The position numbers and the translations under genes are program-made. From a virus (taxonomy: Duplodnaviria > Caudoviricetes), in IMG/VR virus record IMGVR_UViG_3300032213_002156, positions 1-52,936 of that record: a stretch of 52,936 nucleotides of DNA; one strand, written 5' to 3'. This document shows positions 52,164-52,936 of this stretch, one piece after another. Each line of letters opens with the position of its first letter. Within the stretch, counting starts at the first letter, position 1. The notes beneath the pieces were generated by a model that had not been told where the DNA came from, did not search any database, and saw only the letters and a list, made by a program, of their open reading frames with translations.

Positions 52164-52936
52164 ATGTCACAACAATTATTAGAAGGTCGCTGGGACGAGA
52201 CCAAGGAAGCATTGCTTGAAGGTCTAAACGGTTCCAAGCGTACCAGTATGAACGTTATTCTTGAGAATACACGCAAGTACTTGAAAGAAAACGCAACTGC
52301 TGGTTCCACAGCATCAGGCAACATTGCTACATTAAACCGTGTGATTCTACCAGTTATCCGTCGTGTTATGCCAACAGTTATTGCTAACGAGTTGGTAGGC
52401 GTTCAGCCAATGACAGGTCCAGTTGGTCAGATCCACACACTACGTGTGCGTTATGCCAACAACTTGACTGACAACTCTGCAGCCGCAACCAGTGTCACTG
52501 CTGGTCAAGAAGCCCTGAGTCCATTCACTATTGCTACTGCATACTCTGCAGTACCAAAAGGCACAGACTCTACATCAACTTACACAGGCGCTAACACAGC
52601 TACTATGGAAGGTAACGGCGGTAAGCAAATTAGCGTACAGATCTTGAAGCAAGCAGTTGAAGCCAAGACACGTAAATTGCAAGCACGTTGGACATTTGAA
52701 TCTGCACAAGACGCACAAGCCATGCACGGTATTGACGTTGAAGCAGAAATCATGGCCGCACTGGCACAAGAGATCACAGCTGAGATCGACCAAGAGATTC
52801 TCTTGAGTTTGAGCACTCTGGCTGCTGTTGAGTACACATACAACCAAGCTACCGTTTCTGGTACTGCTACATTCGTTGGTGACGAACACGCTGCTCTAGC
52901 TGTGTTGATCAACCGTGTTGCTAACCTGATTGCCCA
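52164..52936 (+). CDS. gp23: Major capsid protein gp23 (5' part, truncated by the window end)
   Basis: Not in the ORF track because it has no stop. AAGGAG SD; MSQQLLEGRW...ILPVIRRVMPTVIANELVGVQPMTGPVGQIHTLRVRY...KTRKLQARWTFESAQDAQAMHGIDVEAEIMAALAQEITAEIDQEIL are T4 gp23 motifs. Confidence 0.96.
   Translation, partial: MSQQLLEGRWDETKEALLEGLNGSKRTSMNVILENTRKYLKENATAGSTASGNIATLNRVILPVIRRVMPTVIANELVGVQPMTGPVGQIHTLRVRYANNLTDNSAAATSVTAGQEALSPFTIATAYSAVPKGTDSTSTYTGANTATMEGNGGKQISVQILKQAVEAKTRKLQARWTFESAQDAQAMHGIDVEAEIMAALAQEITAEIDQEILLSLSTLAAVEYTYNQATVSGTATFVGDEHAALAVLINRVANLIA

Noticed and set aside
1-52936. Stop-codon reassignment, as seen in some large phages
   Set aside because: Core genes are full length in the standard code, and TAA, TGA and TAG all appear as stops at sensible gene ends.

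Overview
This window is part of a large T4-like (myovirus-type) phage genome read in the standard bacterial code. From left to right it holds: a minus-strand tail fibre/baseplate module (fibre-like proteins, a 4889-aa giant baseplate protein, gp6-, gp25-, gp5/VgrG-, hub-, gp53- and gp48/54-like proteins); the gp55 late sigma factor and the gp47/gp46 (Mre11/Rad50-like) nuclease; an accessory island (SGNH- and sulfotransferase-like ORFs, a cobalamin-dependent radical SAM, a radical SAM-SDR fusion, a GIY-YIG nuclease, MTA/SAH nucleosidase, an ATE/Bpt-like aminoacyl-transferase domain); a gp26/gp51-like pair; a tape-measure-like protein; and the head module (portal, protease, scaffold, start of major capsid). 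The main observations not explained by the ORF track are: (1) a ~400-nt non-coding, highly structured element at 41595-42004 with a duplicated ATGAC-N10-AGATAAT box, downstream of the GIY-YIG gene (candidate ncRNA/RNP); (2) a T_TTT_TTC slippery site predicted to fuse the gp26-like and gp51-like ORFs by -1 frameshift; (3) repeated TAAATA late-promoter cores 4-5 nt before ATGs, implying leaderless late mRNAs; (4) a radical-SAM/MTAN/aminoacyl-transferase modification cluster. All product calls come from motif recognition by eye; no searches were run.
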